Positions 17,064 through 26,257 of a stretch of DNA of 63,939 nucleotides are shown here, in pieces; the first letter of the stretch is position 1, and every line of letters starts with the position of its first letter. The notes beneath the pieces are model-generated. The model searched no databases, was not told the origin of the DNA, and was given only the letters and a program-made list of their open reading frames with translations. This DNA comes from a virus (Duplodnaviria > Caudoviricetes), in the IMG/VR virus record IMGVR_UViG_3300046656_000719, positions 1-63,939 of that record, one strand, 5' to 3'. A program made the translations under genes and the position numbers.

Positions 17064-17680
17064 GTATCCACATCGGGCGCAACGACGCCACGCTCGCTCA
17101 CGCGCTCGCCAAGAGCGTCGCGGCGGGGCAGCTGGCGCGCGACATGGTGCAGCTGCAGGACAAAGCCGAGACCCACTTCAACAAGCGCACCATGAAGGGT
17201 GCGTTCCGCGTGCTGCGCGGGATCTTCAGGGACCGGGTGATCCACGAGGTGATCGTGCGGGAGAAGGGCTCGCGGGCGTGCGGGCACCTCTTCATCCTGC
17301 AGCCGGTCAGCAGCGGGGCGATGGTGCTCTTCCTGCTCTCGTGGGTGAAGGGCCGGGTGCGCCAGCACGACACGCCCGTGGTGGTGAGCCACCATGCGCT
17401 GGCGCGGATGATGCAGCGCACGGTGGGCGAGTCCGATCTGGCGGCCTGCTGCGAGCGTATCAAGCCCTACGTATTGACAGGAGCCGCGGCGAGCATTTCC
17501 ACCGGCCCGGAAGACACCACGGGGATGCAACTCACGGTGGCGGGCAACGGCGGAGCCCTGATCTTCCGCCGGGAGGGCGACATGGTGGTCGCCGCAACGT
17601 GGATGGATAGTGAGATGATGGCCGATCCCAAGCTGCGGGCTGCAGCGGTGAAGCCGAACCTGACAACGTGGTGGGAGTAA
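17060..17680 (+). CDS. Hypothetical protein (SHHALARMMQR motif)
   Basis: 206 aa, GC3-rich. Confidence 0.7.
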   Translation: MSIHIGRNDATLAHALAKSVAAGQLARDMVQLQDKAETHFNKRTMKGAFRVLRGIFRDRVIHEVIVREKGSRACGHLFILQPVSSGAMVLFLLSWVKGRVRQHDTPVVVSHHALARMMQRTVGESDLAACCERIKPYVLTGAAASISTGPEDTTGMQLTVAGNGGALIFRREGDMVVAATWMDSEMMADPKLRAAAVKPNLTTWWE

Positions 17681-17684
17681 CGGG

Positions 17685-17942
17685 ATGCAGACGAGCCGTC
17701 TACCCCCCTGCTCGTGTCCGCACTGCGGCTACGTGATGGACGCCTGCACCAGCGTGGACGGCGACCACCAACCCAGTCAGGGCGACTACACGGTGTGCAT
17801 CGAGTGCGAGGGCATCGCCGTCTTCGATGCCCAGCTGACCCTGCGCGCACCGAGCCGCGATGCGCTGGGGTCGCTCAGCAAGCAGGAGCGCGCCACAATC
17901 GAAGCTGCGCAGTACGCGGTGAGGAAGATCAAGGAGAGCTAA
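17685..17942 (+). CDS. Zinc-ribbon protein
   Basis: CPHC and CIEC; GGGAG RBS. Confidence 0.6.
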   Translation: MQTSRLPPCSCPHCGYVMDACTSVDGDHQPSQGDYTVCIECEGIAVFDAQLTLRAPSRDALGSLSKQERATIEAAQYAVRKIKES

Positions 17943-18226
17943 TGGCAACGATAGACGTCGACAAGGCGAAGGTGAACCGGATGGTGACGCAGATCCTCAA
18001 GCACTTCCACGGCAGCGGCGCGCACCCCGGGGAGATCGTCCTCGCGCTGGGCGAGTCGCTGGGCCGGGTGATTGCGGCCGTGGGCGAGATGAGCAAGAAC
18101 GAGATGGTGCAGCGGGAACTGGTCGACCTTGCCATCAAGCAAATGACGAACGCGATCCTCGTCTCCCGCGGCGAGGAGGTGCCCTCGTCCTCGCTGGTGA
18201 TCCCGGTCAACCGGATTCAGCACTGA
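17942..18226 (+). CDS. Hypothetical helical protein
   Basis: AAGGAG RBS. Confidence 0.65.
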   Translation: MATIDVDKAKVNRMVTQILKHFHGSGAHPGEIVLALGESLGRVIAAVGEMSKNEMVQRELVDLAIKQMTNAILVSRGEEVPSSSLVIPVNRIQH

Positions 18227-18227
18227 C

Positions 18228-18449
18228 ATGCTGAAGGCACGCGCGGCAGACTACGTGTTCTTCGGCCTGTCCGAGGAGAACGTGATACGGTTGAAGCAGG
18301 GGAAGCCCATCAAGATCAACATGGTCGAACTGGGTCTCACGGGCAACGTCATCATCTTCTACGGCGTCACCGAGGAGGCGATGCGCGAGGATCTGATCGA
18401 CTTGGTCGGCCCCGACACCGTGTTCAACGATAGGCTGGAAAAGCATTGA
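18228..18449 (+). CDS. Hypothetical protein
   Basis: FGLSEENVIRLKQGKPI; packed ORF. Confidence 0.6.
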   Translation: MLKARAADYVFFGLSEENVIRLKQGKPIKINMVELGLTGNVIIFYGVTEEAMREDLIDLVGPDTVFNDRLEKH

Positions 18450-18517
18450 AGGGGCGCGTGCGAATTCGGCACTTCGGCGCGCTGGTATCGAAGGACCACA
18501 AATGGACGGAGTACACC

Positions 18518-18742
18518 ATGGAAAATCAGCACCGGCAGATACTGGGCTATCGTGAACTGAACCCCAACGAAATCTCCCTCATGAACGAGGTGAAGGCGCT
18601 GGGTGCCAAGATGGGCGTGCTCGTGGATAGCATGCGCGCCAACCCGGACCTCGACCAGCGGTGGGTCAGCATCGGGGCGACCGAGTTGCAGCAGGGGCTC
18701 ATGGCCCTCACGCGCGCCGTGGCCAAGCCGACCTTCTTCTAG
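18518..18742 (+). CDS. acb2: Anti-CBASS cyclic-nucleotide sponge, Acb2/Vs.4 family
   Basis: MENQHRQILGYRELNPNEISLMNEVK...RWVSIGATELQQGLMALTRAVAKP matches Acb2, with Y11 and K26 at the same positions; GGAG RBS. Confidence 0.9.
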   Translation: MENQHRQILGYRELNPNEISLMNEVKALGAKMGVLVDSMRANPDLDQRWVSIGATELQQGLMALTRAVAKPTFF

Positions 18743-18750
18743 GAGCCCCT

Positions 18751-19296
18751 GTGCGCGACGTCATGATCGACTTGGAGACGCTGGGCACGCGCTCAGACAG
18801 CGTGATCATCAGCATCGGTGCGGTGGCGTTCGACCCGCATGCCGTGGGCATGCTGGGCCTTGAATTCCACGGCGCTATCGACCTGCAGTCCTCCGTTGAA
18901 CGCGGCCTGCACATCGACGGCAGCACGGTGCTCTGGTGGTTCCAGCAGTCGGAGGAAGCCCGGGTGTCGCTCGTCTCCCGGCTGAAGAGCGCGAAGCCCC
19001 TCGTGGTCGTGCTGGACGAGTTCCGCATGTACCTCGGCTGCATTGCCGAGCACGACGAGATCCGGGTCTGGGGCAACGGGGCCGACTTCGACCTCGCCCT
19101 GCTGCAGCAGGCATACGAGGCGTGCAAGATGGAGCGACCGTGGAAGTACAACGCGGGCCGGTGCTATCGCACCCTCACCGCGCAGTTCGGGACCGAGGCC
19201 GACCGCGTGCGGCCTGAGTTGGCACACGATGCCCTGTCCGACGCGCTCGCGCAGGCGCGCACGGCGCAGAATATCTTTGCGCGCCTAGCACGTTGA
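18751..19296 (+). CDS. DEDDh 3'-5' exonuclease
   Basis: MIDLETLG, WGNGADFD, HDALSDA. Confidence 0.85.
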   Translation: MRDVMIDLETLGTRSDSVIISIGAVAFDPHAVGMLGLEFHGAIDLQSSVERGLHIDGSTVLWWFQQSEEARVSLVSRLKSAKPLVVVLDEFRMYLGCIAEHDEIRVWGNGADFDLALLQQAYEACKMERPWKYNAGRCYRTLTAQFGTEADRVRPELAHDALSDALAQARTAQNIFARLAR

Positions 19297-19360
19297 CAAC
19301 GGCCCCCGCAGGTAGCACTGTGGGGGCTGCGGCTCCACCCTTGCCGAAAGGCTTATTGAA

Positions 19361-21196
19361 ATGAAGATCCTGACCTTCGACGCCGAAACTACGTACAGCA
19401 ACGACTACTCGCTCTCCAAGATGCAGACGGACGAGTACGTGCTCGATCCGCGCTTCCAGCTGCTGGGCTTCAGCCTGAAACTGGACGACGGCCACTGCGA
19501 GTGGTTCACCAACAGCGAGGATGACTTCGTCGCCAAATCGGTGTTCGCGGCCGTGCCGTGGCACGAGGTGGCCGTGGTGTGCCACAACACCCTCTTCGAC
19601 GGGTTCGTCCTGACGCAGCGATACGGCGTGCGCCCCAAGCTGTGGATGGATACCTTGGCCATGAGCCGCATGCTTTGGCCGTGGAAGAAATCCCACGGGC
19701 TCGCGGCGATGTCGAAGGAACTGGGCCTGCCGCCCAAGCAGCTGGGCGTGCTGGAGGCTACGAAGGGGAAGCGGCTCGCGGATTTTATTCCCGCGGAAAT
19801 AAGCCGCCTCGGGGAGTACTGCCGCGTAGATACAGAGAACACCTACGCACTGGCGGTCGAATGCATCCGGCGCACCCCAACGATTGAGCTTCAACTCATC
19901 GACATGACGGTGCGCATGTTCACCGAGCCGCAGCTGGTGGGCGATGTGCCGCTGATGCGCACCCTGCTGGTCGAAGAGGTTGCGCGCAAGCTCGACCTGC
20001 TCGCCAAGGTGGCGGTGGACTCCTCGATCCTCATGTCCAACGTCAAGCTCGCTGCCGAGCTACTGACGCGGGGCGCGCAGCCGCCGTCGAAGATCAGCAA
20101 GACCACCGGCAAGTCCACGTGGGCCTTCGCCAAGACCGATAAGGCGTTCACCGAGCTACTGGAGCATGACAACCCCGAGGTGCAAGCCCTTGTAGCGGCG
20201 CGGCTGGGCATCAAGTCCACCATCGCTGAGACCCGCTGCGCGCGGATGCTGAAGACGGCGACGCGCGGCGCGCTGCCGGTGTACCTCAATCACTGGGGGG
20301 CGAAGACGACCGGGCGCTACTCCGGCGGGAACCAGATCAACTGGCAGAACATACCCGTGCGCGGCCCCAGCGCGGGCCTGCGGCGCGCGATCAAGGCACC
20401 CGAGGGGTACAAGGTCATCTCGGTCGACTCGTCCAACATCGAGCTTCGGGTGGCCATGGTGGGTTCGGGGCAGGTGGACGAAGTGGAGAAGCTGCGCAAC
20501 GGCGAAGACCTGTACTGCGACTTCGCATCCCGGGTTTTCGGCCGCACCATCACCCCCGCCGACGAGCGCGAGCGGCGCATCGGCAAGATCGGCAAGCTCT
20601 CCCTGCAGTACGGGGCGGGCTGGGTGAAGTACAAGGAGATGGTGCGTATTGAGACGGGCGAGGTGCTGCTGGACGAAGACGCGCGCCGGGTCGTTGAGCT
20701 ATACCGGACCCTGATGAACCGCGTGGTGGGCTGGTGGAACTACTGCGAGACCGCGGTGCTGGCCGAGATTTTCAACAACAAGGGTGAGAACTTCCTGCCC
20801 GTGGACGTCAACAGCTGGTGCATCACCGGGCACAGCGGCTTCGGCGTGCTGGGCTCCCCGGGCGTGGTCTACAAGGACTTGCGGCGCAATCAGGACGGGT
20901 GGATCTACACCATGAACGACCACGAGGAGATCAAGTTGTACGGGGGGAAGGTCGTCGAGAACGCCTGCCAGCACATCGCCCGTCAAATTGTAATGTGGCA
21001 GACGGTGCGATTGAATGAGCAGTACCCGGTCGCCCTGTCGATGCACGACGAGGCGGTGTTCATCGCGGCCGACGAGGATGTGGAAGAGGCCGTGGCCTAC
21101 GCCACCGAGTGCTTCAGCATGCCCCCGCCGTGGTGCGGCAACCTGATCCCGCTCGCCTGCGAGGTCGGGGTCGGTCAATCGTACGGAGAATGCTAG
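19361..21196 (+). CDS. DNA polymerase, family A, with N-terminal 3'-5' exonuclease
   Basis: FDAET, CHNTLFD; motif A DSSNIELR; motif B RRIGKIGKLSLQYG; motif C MHDE. Confidence 0.93.
   Translation: MKILTFDAETTYSNDYSLSKMQTDEYVLDPRFQLLGFSLKLDDGHCEWFTNSEDDFVAKSVFAAVPWHEVAVVCHNTLFDGFVLTQRYGVRPKLWMDTLAMSRMLWPWKKSHGLAAMSKELGLPPKQLGVLEATKGKRLADFIPAEISRLGEYCRVDTENTYALAVECIRRTPTIELQLIDMTVRMFTEPQLVGDVPLMRTLLVEEVARKLDLLAKVAVDSSILMSNVKLAAELLTRGAQPPSKISKTTGKSTWAFAKTDKAFTELLEHDNPEVQALVAARLGIKSTIAETRCARMLKTATRGALPVYLNHWGAKTTGRYSGGNQINWQNIPVRGPSAGLRRAIKAPEGYKVISVDSSNIELRVAMVGSGQVDEVEKLRNGEDLYCDFASRVFGRTITPADERERRIGKIGKLSLQYGAGWVKYKEMVRIETGEVLLDEDARRVVELYRTLMNRVVGWWNYCETAVLAEIFNNKGENFLPVDVNSWCITGHSGFGVLGSPGVVYKDLRRNQDGWIYTMNDHEEIKLYGGKVVENACQHIARQIVMWQTVRLNEQYPVALSMHDEAVFIAADEDVEEAVAYATECFSMPPPWCGNLIPLACEVGVGQSYGEC
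19785..19802. promoter_or_regulatory. Palindromic site, copy 12 (variant, inside the polymerase gene)
   Basis: ttattcccgcggaaataa, an AT-rich patch in a GC3-rich CDS. Confidence 0.6.
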
Positions 21197-21570
21197 TGGG
21201 TAGGAAAATATCGACCGAGATGGACGGGCGGCGCATCGAAGTTGAAGTTGAACAGGACTTGGCGAAGCCGGTCAAGCTCACCTTCTCGGACTACGACGAC
21301 GACCGCGCGCAGCTGAGCGTGCTCTTGCCGCGCATCTTCTTCACGCGCATCAAGAGCGACTCGTTCCTGAACGAGCGAGCGCAGAAGTCGGTCGTGGCTT
21401 TCAGCGGCGTCATGTCCCTGCTAAGCGACCTGATCACGCGCAACGCCGAGGACTACGAGGGCCGGATGCAGGTGCTGGAGTACGTGCAGGGGTGGGTACA
21501 CGGCGAGCTAGCCAAGGTTGCCATGGAGCGGTCGGATGCGGAAGCACGCAGCCACAAGAGGTCCAAATGA
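21190..21570 (+). CDS. Hypothetical protein
   Basis: GGAG RBS; overlaps the polymerase stop. Confidence 0.6.
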   Translation: MLVGRKISTEMDGRRIEVEVEQDLAKPVKLTFSDYDDDRAQLSVLLPRIFFTRIKSDSFLNERAQKSVVAFSGVMSLLSDLITRNAEDYEGRMQVLEYVQGWVHGELAKVAMERSDAEARSHKRSK

Positions 21571-22268
21571 GCTTCTCTCCCACAATTTCCCACTCGTACA
21601 GCCGCCTGTCGACGTTCGAACAGTGCAACGCCAAGTACGACTACCTCTACGTGACGCGCAGCGTGAAGGACACCGACAACGAGTTCACCCTCTACGGCAG
21701 CCGGGTGCATGAAGGACTGGAGATCGCAGGCCGCACGGCGATGGGCGAGGACGGCTACGGGCCCGTGGTGCCCGACACCGACCACCCGGTCGAGGTGCAA
21801 CCCTACCTAGAGTTGATCCGGCGCATCACCGCTCAGCCCGGCGAGAAGCTCTTCGAACTGCAGGTGGCGATTACGCGGGAGTTCAAGCCCTGCGAGTGGA
21901 TGGCAGCGGATGTGTGGCTGCGCGGCATCTTGGACGTCCTCGTGTTGAAGCCCCCGCGGGCGTGGGTGTTCGACTGGAAGACCGGCAAGATCAGGGACAA
22001 CCCGACGCAGCTGCAGCTGTTCGCGGCGCTGGTATTCACACTTTATCCACAGATCCACGAGGTGCGCGCTGCATTCGTGTGGCTGGGTCATGACCATATA
22101 ACGGACTCGGTTTTCCACAGGCGCGATGCGTGGCGGCTGTGGGAGGGGCTGACGGCCCGGTTCCAGAAGGTGCAGGACGCGGTGGATCTCGGCGTGTTCA
22201 AGCCGCGGCCGAGCGCGCTGTGCCGCTGGTGCGCGGCCCGACACATCTGCCCGAGTGCAAAGAGGTGA
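21567..22268 (+). CDS. Cas4-like PD-(D/E)xK exonuclease
   Basis: SYSRLSTFEQC, GSRVH, LDVL, DWKTGK, QLQLF, CRWC....C. Confidence 0.85.
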   Translation: MSFSPTISHSYSRLSTFEQCNAKYDYLYVTRSVKDTDNEFTLYGSRVHEGLEIAGRTAMGEDGYGPVVPDTDHPVEVQPYLELIRRITAQPGEKLFELQVAITREFKPCEWMAADVWLRGILDVLVLKPPRAWVFDWKTGKIRDNPTQLQLFAALVFTLYPQIHEVRAAFVWLGHDHITDSVFHRRDAWRLWEGLTARFQKVQDAVDLGVFKPRPSALCRWCAARHICPSAKR

Positions 22269-22270
22269 GC

Positions 22271-22606
22271 ATGAGCACCGAATACGAAGTGGTGAGAGAG
22301 ATCGCCACGGAACTCACGAAGAAGCTGATCGACAGCGGCCAGCTGATCGAGGCGGGGTGGGTGGGCTTGCGTCTCGTCGCCGTGCCGCAGAATGCGCCAC
22401 AGGTGCAGCTGGACGCGATGCGGGAAGCCTTTTTCGCTGGCGCGCACCACCTGATGGCGAGCGTCATGAACGCGATGGAACCGGGCAAGGAACCCTCCGA
22501 GGAAGACATGCGACGGATGGCGATGATCCAGTCGGAGTTGGACGAGTTCATCCGCCAGTTCAAGCTGAAGCACGGGATGGGCGGGGAACAGGAGTCGAAG
22601 CAGTGA
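22271..22606 (+). CDS. Hypothetical protein
   Basis: GAGGT RBS; AFFAGA motif. Confidence 0.65.
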   Translation: MSTEYEVVREIATELTKKLIDSGQLIEAGWVGLRLVAVPQNAPQVQLDAMREAFFAGAHHLMASVMNAMEPGKEPSEEDMRRMAMIQSELDEFIRQFKLKHGMGGEQESKQ

Positions 22607-23007
22607 GCCGAGTCACCCCCGAGGGCAGGGTGAAGGCGCACGTGCGCGCCCGGCTGGCGGCGTGCCCGGTGCCGGTCTACCTCTTCATGCCGGTGCAAAA
22701 CGGCATGGGGGAGCCCTCGCTCGACTTCATCGGCTGCATCGGCGGCTGGTTCTTCGCCGTGGAAACCAAGGCGGGACACGAGATTTTCACGCCGCGGCAG
22801 CAGCACACCGCGATGCGCATGGAGGCGGCGGGAGCCGCCGTTTTTCTGGTGAACGAAGACCCCGCTACGTGGATCGTCTTCGAAGATTGGCTGATCCGCG
22901 CCGCCGCCATGGCGGCGCTGGAGCAGGGGGAACAACCGGTGCCGGAAGTCCCAGAGTGGGCGGCCCGGATACTCAATGAGGGAGTGGAAAATGGAAGTTG
23001 TCGCTAG
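22603..23007 (+). CDS. VRR-NUC nuclease
   Basis: TPEGRVK...GEPSLDF...FFAVETKA...TPRQ. Confidence 0.8.
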   Translation: MSRVTPEGRVKAHVRARLAACPVPVYLFMPVQNGMGEPSLDFIGCIGGWFFAVETKAGHEIFTPRQQHTAMRMEAAGAAVFLVNEDPATWIVFEDWLIRAAAMAALEQGEQPVPEVPEWAARILNEGVENGSCR

Positions 23008-24574
23008 TCACAAGAAACTGGTCTTCGCGCCGAACACCCCGAGCGAGGTGGTGCGGGTGATCCCGCACGCCCGCGCGTTCATGCACCGGGGTGCGGAGCA
23101 CGTGGCCGTGCACCACGGCGTCGAGGAGGCCATGGTGCTGCGTAACATGGGGCTCGCCAACATCCCGGCCCCGATACTCTCGTACTACAACTGGCCGAGC
23201 CGCGGGCTGGTGCCGATGACGCATCAGAAGCACACCGCGGCGTTCCTGAATTCGTACCGCCGCGCGCTGTGCCTGAATAGCCCCGGCACCGGCAAGACGC
23301 TCTCCGCCCTGTGGGGAGCGGACTTTCTGAAGCAGGAGGGCGTCATCAAGAAGGTGCTGATCGTGGCCCCGTTGTCGACGGTGCAATCGGTGTGGGGCAA
23401 GGAGTTGAAGTTCCACCTGCCCCACTGCAGCTTTCAGATCCTGACCGGTTCGAAGGAGCGCAAGGAGCGCCTGTTCGCGATACCGGCGGACTTCTACATC
23501 ATCAACCACGACGGGTTCACCGCGTTCCAATCGCAGCTGACGGACGTCGACCTCGTGATCTACGACGAGGCGACGGCGCTGAAGACCCCCTCGTCGCAGC
23601 GGTTTCGCATCTTCCAGAAGTGGATGATGGACTGGAACCCGTGGCTGTGGATGCTGACCGGCACGCCGATCTCGCAGTCCCCGATTGATGCGTGGACCTT
23701 GGCGCGGCTCGTGCAGTCGCCGTCTGTGCCGCGCAGCTTCACGGCGTTCCGCGACGCGGTGATGAACCGAATCTCGATGTACAAATGGGTACCGCGCAGC
23801 GATGCGTTGGAAACGTGCAAGCGGGTGCTGCAGCCGTCGATCCGCTACTCGCTGGACGAGTGCATCGACCTGCCTGTCACCAACTACGTTCCGCGTGAAA
23901 CGGAACTGACCCCGCCGCAGCAACGGGCTTACAAGGACATGGAGCGCACGGCCGTAGCGGTCTTCGCCAAGGGCAACGTGGTCGCCGCTAACGCGGCCGT
24001 CACGCTGGGTAAACTACTTCAGATCGCCTGCGGCGTGGTCTACGACAATCACGGCGGCGAGATCGGCATCGACGCCTCGCTGCGCTACGACGCGCTGCTG
24101 GAGTTGCTGGACGAGATCGGCGTGCGGCAGGGCGTGGGCCCGAGCGAGAAGGCCATCATCTTCGTGCCGCTGCGTGGCGTGCAGGAGTGGCTCACCAAGG
24201 CGCTCAAGGGCAGCCTCTACGAAGCGGTGGCGATTCACGGCGACACGAGCCCCAAGGACCGGGCCGCTATCTTCCACCGCTTCCAGAACGATGATGCCCT
24301 GAACATATTGGTACCGCACCCGAAGGTGGCCGCGCATGGGGTAGACCTCACTCGGTCGAAACATGTAATCTGGTTCGCGCCGATTTTTTCGTTGGAGATG
24401 TACGAGCAGGCGAATGCAAGGATCAGTCGCTTGACAACAGAGGGGAAGACCACTATAGTTCACCTCTACGCGACGCCCCTTGAGAAAGAGCTTTACCGGC
24501 GTCTGCAGCACAAGAAGCAGGTGCTCGCAGACTTTCTTGAACTAGTACGCGGGGTCAACAAGGACGATCTGTAG
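22991..24574 (+). CDS. SNF2-like superfamily 2 helicase
   Basis: PGTGKT, IYDEA, LTGTP, HGVDLT, QANARISR. Confidence 0.9.
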   Translation: MEVVASHKKLVFAPNTPSEVVRVIPHARAFMHRGAEHVAVHHGVEEAMVLRNMGLANIPAPILSYYNWPSRGLVPMTHQKHTAAFLNSYRRALCLNSPGTGKTLSALWGADFLKQEGVIKKVLIVAPLSTVQSVWGKELKFHLPHCSFQILTGSKERKERLFAIPADFYIINHDGFTAFQSQLTDVDLVIYDEATALKTPSSQRFRIFQKWMMDWNPWLWMLTGTPISQSPIDAWTLARLVQSPSVPRSFTAFRDAVMNRISMYKWVPRSDALETCKRVLQPSIRYSLDECIDLPVTNYVPRETELTPPQQRAYKDMERTAVAVFAKGNVVAANAAVTLGKLLQIACGVVYDNHGGEIGIDASLRYDALLELLDEIGVRQGVGPSEKAIIFVPLRGVQEWLTKALKGSLYEAVAIHGDTSPKDRAAIFHRFQNDDALNILVPHPKVAAHGVDLTRSKHVIWFAPIFSLEMYEQANARISRLTTEGKTTIVHLYATPLEKELYRRLQHKKQVLADFLELVRGVNKDDL

Positions 24575-24619
24575 CATCCCGCACCGTGGCCTTCGGGCCT
24601 TATTGAATGGAGAGTGGAA

Positions 24620-25012
24620 ATGCTGAACTACGACACTGCATCCGCGAAGTACCTCGAATTGCGTCAAGAGGTCGAGCGGATCGAGAAGGAAGCCAAGGTC
24701 AAAACAGCGGCCTTGAAGTCGGTCATGCTCGACATCGAAAACTGGTTCGCAGCGAAGGCGCAGGAGGAAGGTCTCAAGACCGTCAACACCGCGCACGGCA
24801 CCGCGTACTGGTCGACACACTACAGCGCCAAGGCGGGCAACCCGACGCTGTTCAAGGATTACGTCATCGCCAACCAAGCCTTCGACCTGCTGGAGACGCG
24901 CCCGTCGCGGCTGGCAGTGAAGAGCTTCGTGGAAGCCCACGGTGCGCCGCCGCCGGGAATCGACTACGCGGCCATCAGCGTTTTCAATCTTCGTTCTACG
25001 ACAAAGGAATAA
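24620..25012 (+). CDS. Conserved hypothetical replication-module protein
   Basis: Coiled N-terminus, TAHGTAY, PPPGI; GGAG RBS. Confidence 0.7.
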   Translation: MLNYDTASAKYLELRQEVERIEKEAKVKTAALKSVMLDIENWFAAKAQEEGLKTVNTAHGTAYWSTHYSAKAGNPTLFKDYVIANQAFDLLETRPSRLAVKSFVEAHGAPPPGIDYAAISVFNLRSTTKE

Positions 25013-25014
25013 CC

Positions 25015-26139
25015 ATGCCTATCCAGAACCTACCCGCCCACATCGCCGCGCGCGTGGCGGCGCGCCAAGCTGCCGATACCAAGTCCTCGGTCGCCTCCTC
25101 CATCCTCGGTGACTCGGGGCTCTTCAACTACCCGCGCATCAGCATCCGCGCCGGGCGCTATCGCTTGGTCGAGGATGGCGTTGAGACCCCGGTGGGTGTG
25201 TCGCTCGATGTCATCGTCGTCGGCAGCAACCCGCGCACCTCCAAGATTTACTACTCCAAGCAGTACGACCCGACCGCGGACAACGTGCGCCCGGATTGCT
25301 TCTCCAACGATGGCATCAAGCCCGATCCCATCGTGCAGACGCCGGTCAACCCGGACTGCTCCACCTGCCCCAACAACGTGCTCGGCAGCAAGATCCTGCC
25401 GTCCGGTGCGAAGTCGAAGCTGTGCGCGGACCAGCGGCACCTCGCCGTGATCCCCGCCGCGGACCCGGGCAAGGTCTACGGGCTCACCGTGCCCGTGTCC
25501 GGCATGAAGGCGCTCAGGGAGTACGTGAAGGAATTGAACAACTACGGGGTCAACCCGGAAGAGGCCATCACGGAACTGGGCTTCGACGATCAAGCGTCGT
25601 ATCCGAAAATCACGTTCGCCCACAAGGGGTTCGTGCCGGAGAAGGCGATCCCGGCTGTCGAGCAGATGCTCGCCTCCACGGATGTGCAGGTGGTGACGCG
25701 CTCTGGTCTCACGACCGAGATGGCGAAGCTCGCCGCGCCCGCTGCGCAGCCCGCGCTCGCGGCCCCTGCTCAGCCCCAAGCCGCCGCTCCGGTGGCCGCC
25801 ACGGCCCCCGTGGCTGCTCCGGTGGCCACTCCTGCCCCTGTGGTGGTTCCGGTCACGCAGGCTGCAGCAGAGGCTCCCGTCCCGGCCTCGGCTCCCGTGA
25901 CCCCGCGCGCACCGCGGCGTGCTCCGGCAGTGCGTCCGGCTCCGGTCGCCGCGGTGGCTGCCACGCAGGCCATGGACGCGGCTGCAGCGGCTACGTCGGA
26001 CTTGTTCGCGGGCACCCCGGCTCCCGTCGCTGTTGCGCCGGTGGCCACAACTGTGGCGACTCCCGCAACAGCGGCGGCCCCCGTGGTGCCGGTTGCGTCG
26101 AGTGAACTCGCTAAAAAGCTGGACAGTATTTTCGGCTAG
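25015..26139 (+). CDS. Putative ssDNA-binding or annealing protein with Ala/Pro tail
   Basis: PDCFSNDG, CSTCPNN, C; position between helicase and primase; AAGGA RBS. Confidence 0.6.
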   Translation: MPIQNLPAHIAARVAARQAADTKSSVASSILGDSGLFNYPRISIRAGRYRLVEDGVETPVGVSLDVIVVGSNPRTSKIYYSKQYDPTADNVRPDCFSNDGIKPDPIVQTPVNPDCSTCPNNVLGSKILPSGAKSKLCADQRHLAVIPAADPGKVYGLTVPVSGMKALREYVKELNNYGVNPEEAITELGFDDQASYPKITFAHKGFVPEKAIPAVEQMLASTDVQVVTRSGLTTEMAKLAAPAAQPALAAPAQPQAAAPVAATAPVAAPVATPAPVVVPVTQAAAEAPVPASAPVTPRAPRRAPAVRPAPVAAVAATQAMDAAAAATSDLFAGTPAPVAVAPVATTVATPATAAAPVVPVASSELAKKLDSIFG

Positions 26140-26151
26140 TACTCTCCCCGG

Positions 26152-26221
26152 GTTCTGTGCGACCATGGGCTGATCACCCATGCAGAACGCGCGGCAGTGG
26201 ATTTGTCCCCCACTGCCGCGC
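26152..26221 (+). other. Two adjacent stem-loops upstream of the primase (candidate cis-acting RNA or DNA structure)
   Basis: GTTCTG..CATGGG-ctgatca-CCCATG-CAGAAC, then a 12-bp stem GCGCGGCAGTGG/CCACTGCCGCGC. Confidence 0.6.
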
Positions 26222-26257
26222 TGTCGCTTTTCCCCCATCTGTTCAAAGAGGTGACGA

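Noticed and set aside
21567-22268. Cas4-like gene as evidence of CRISPR-Cas
   Set aside because: Stand-alone Cas4-like nucleases are common in phage replication modules; no cas1 or array
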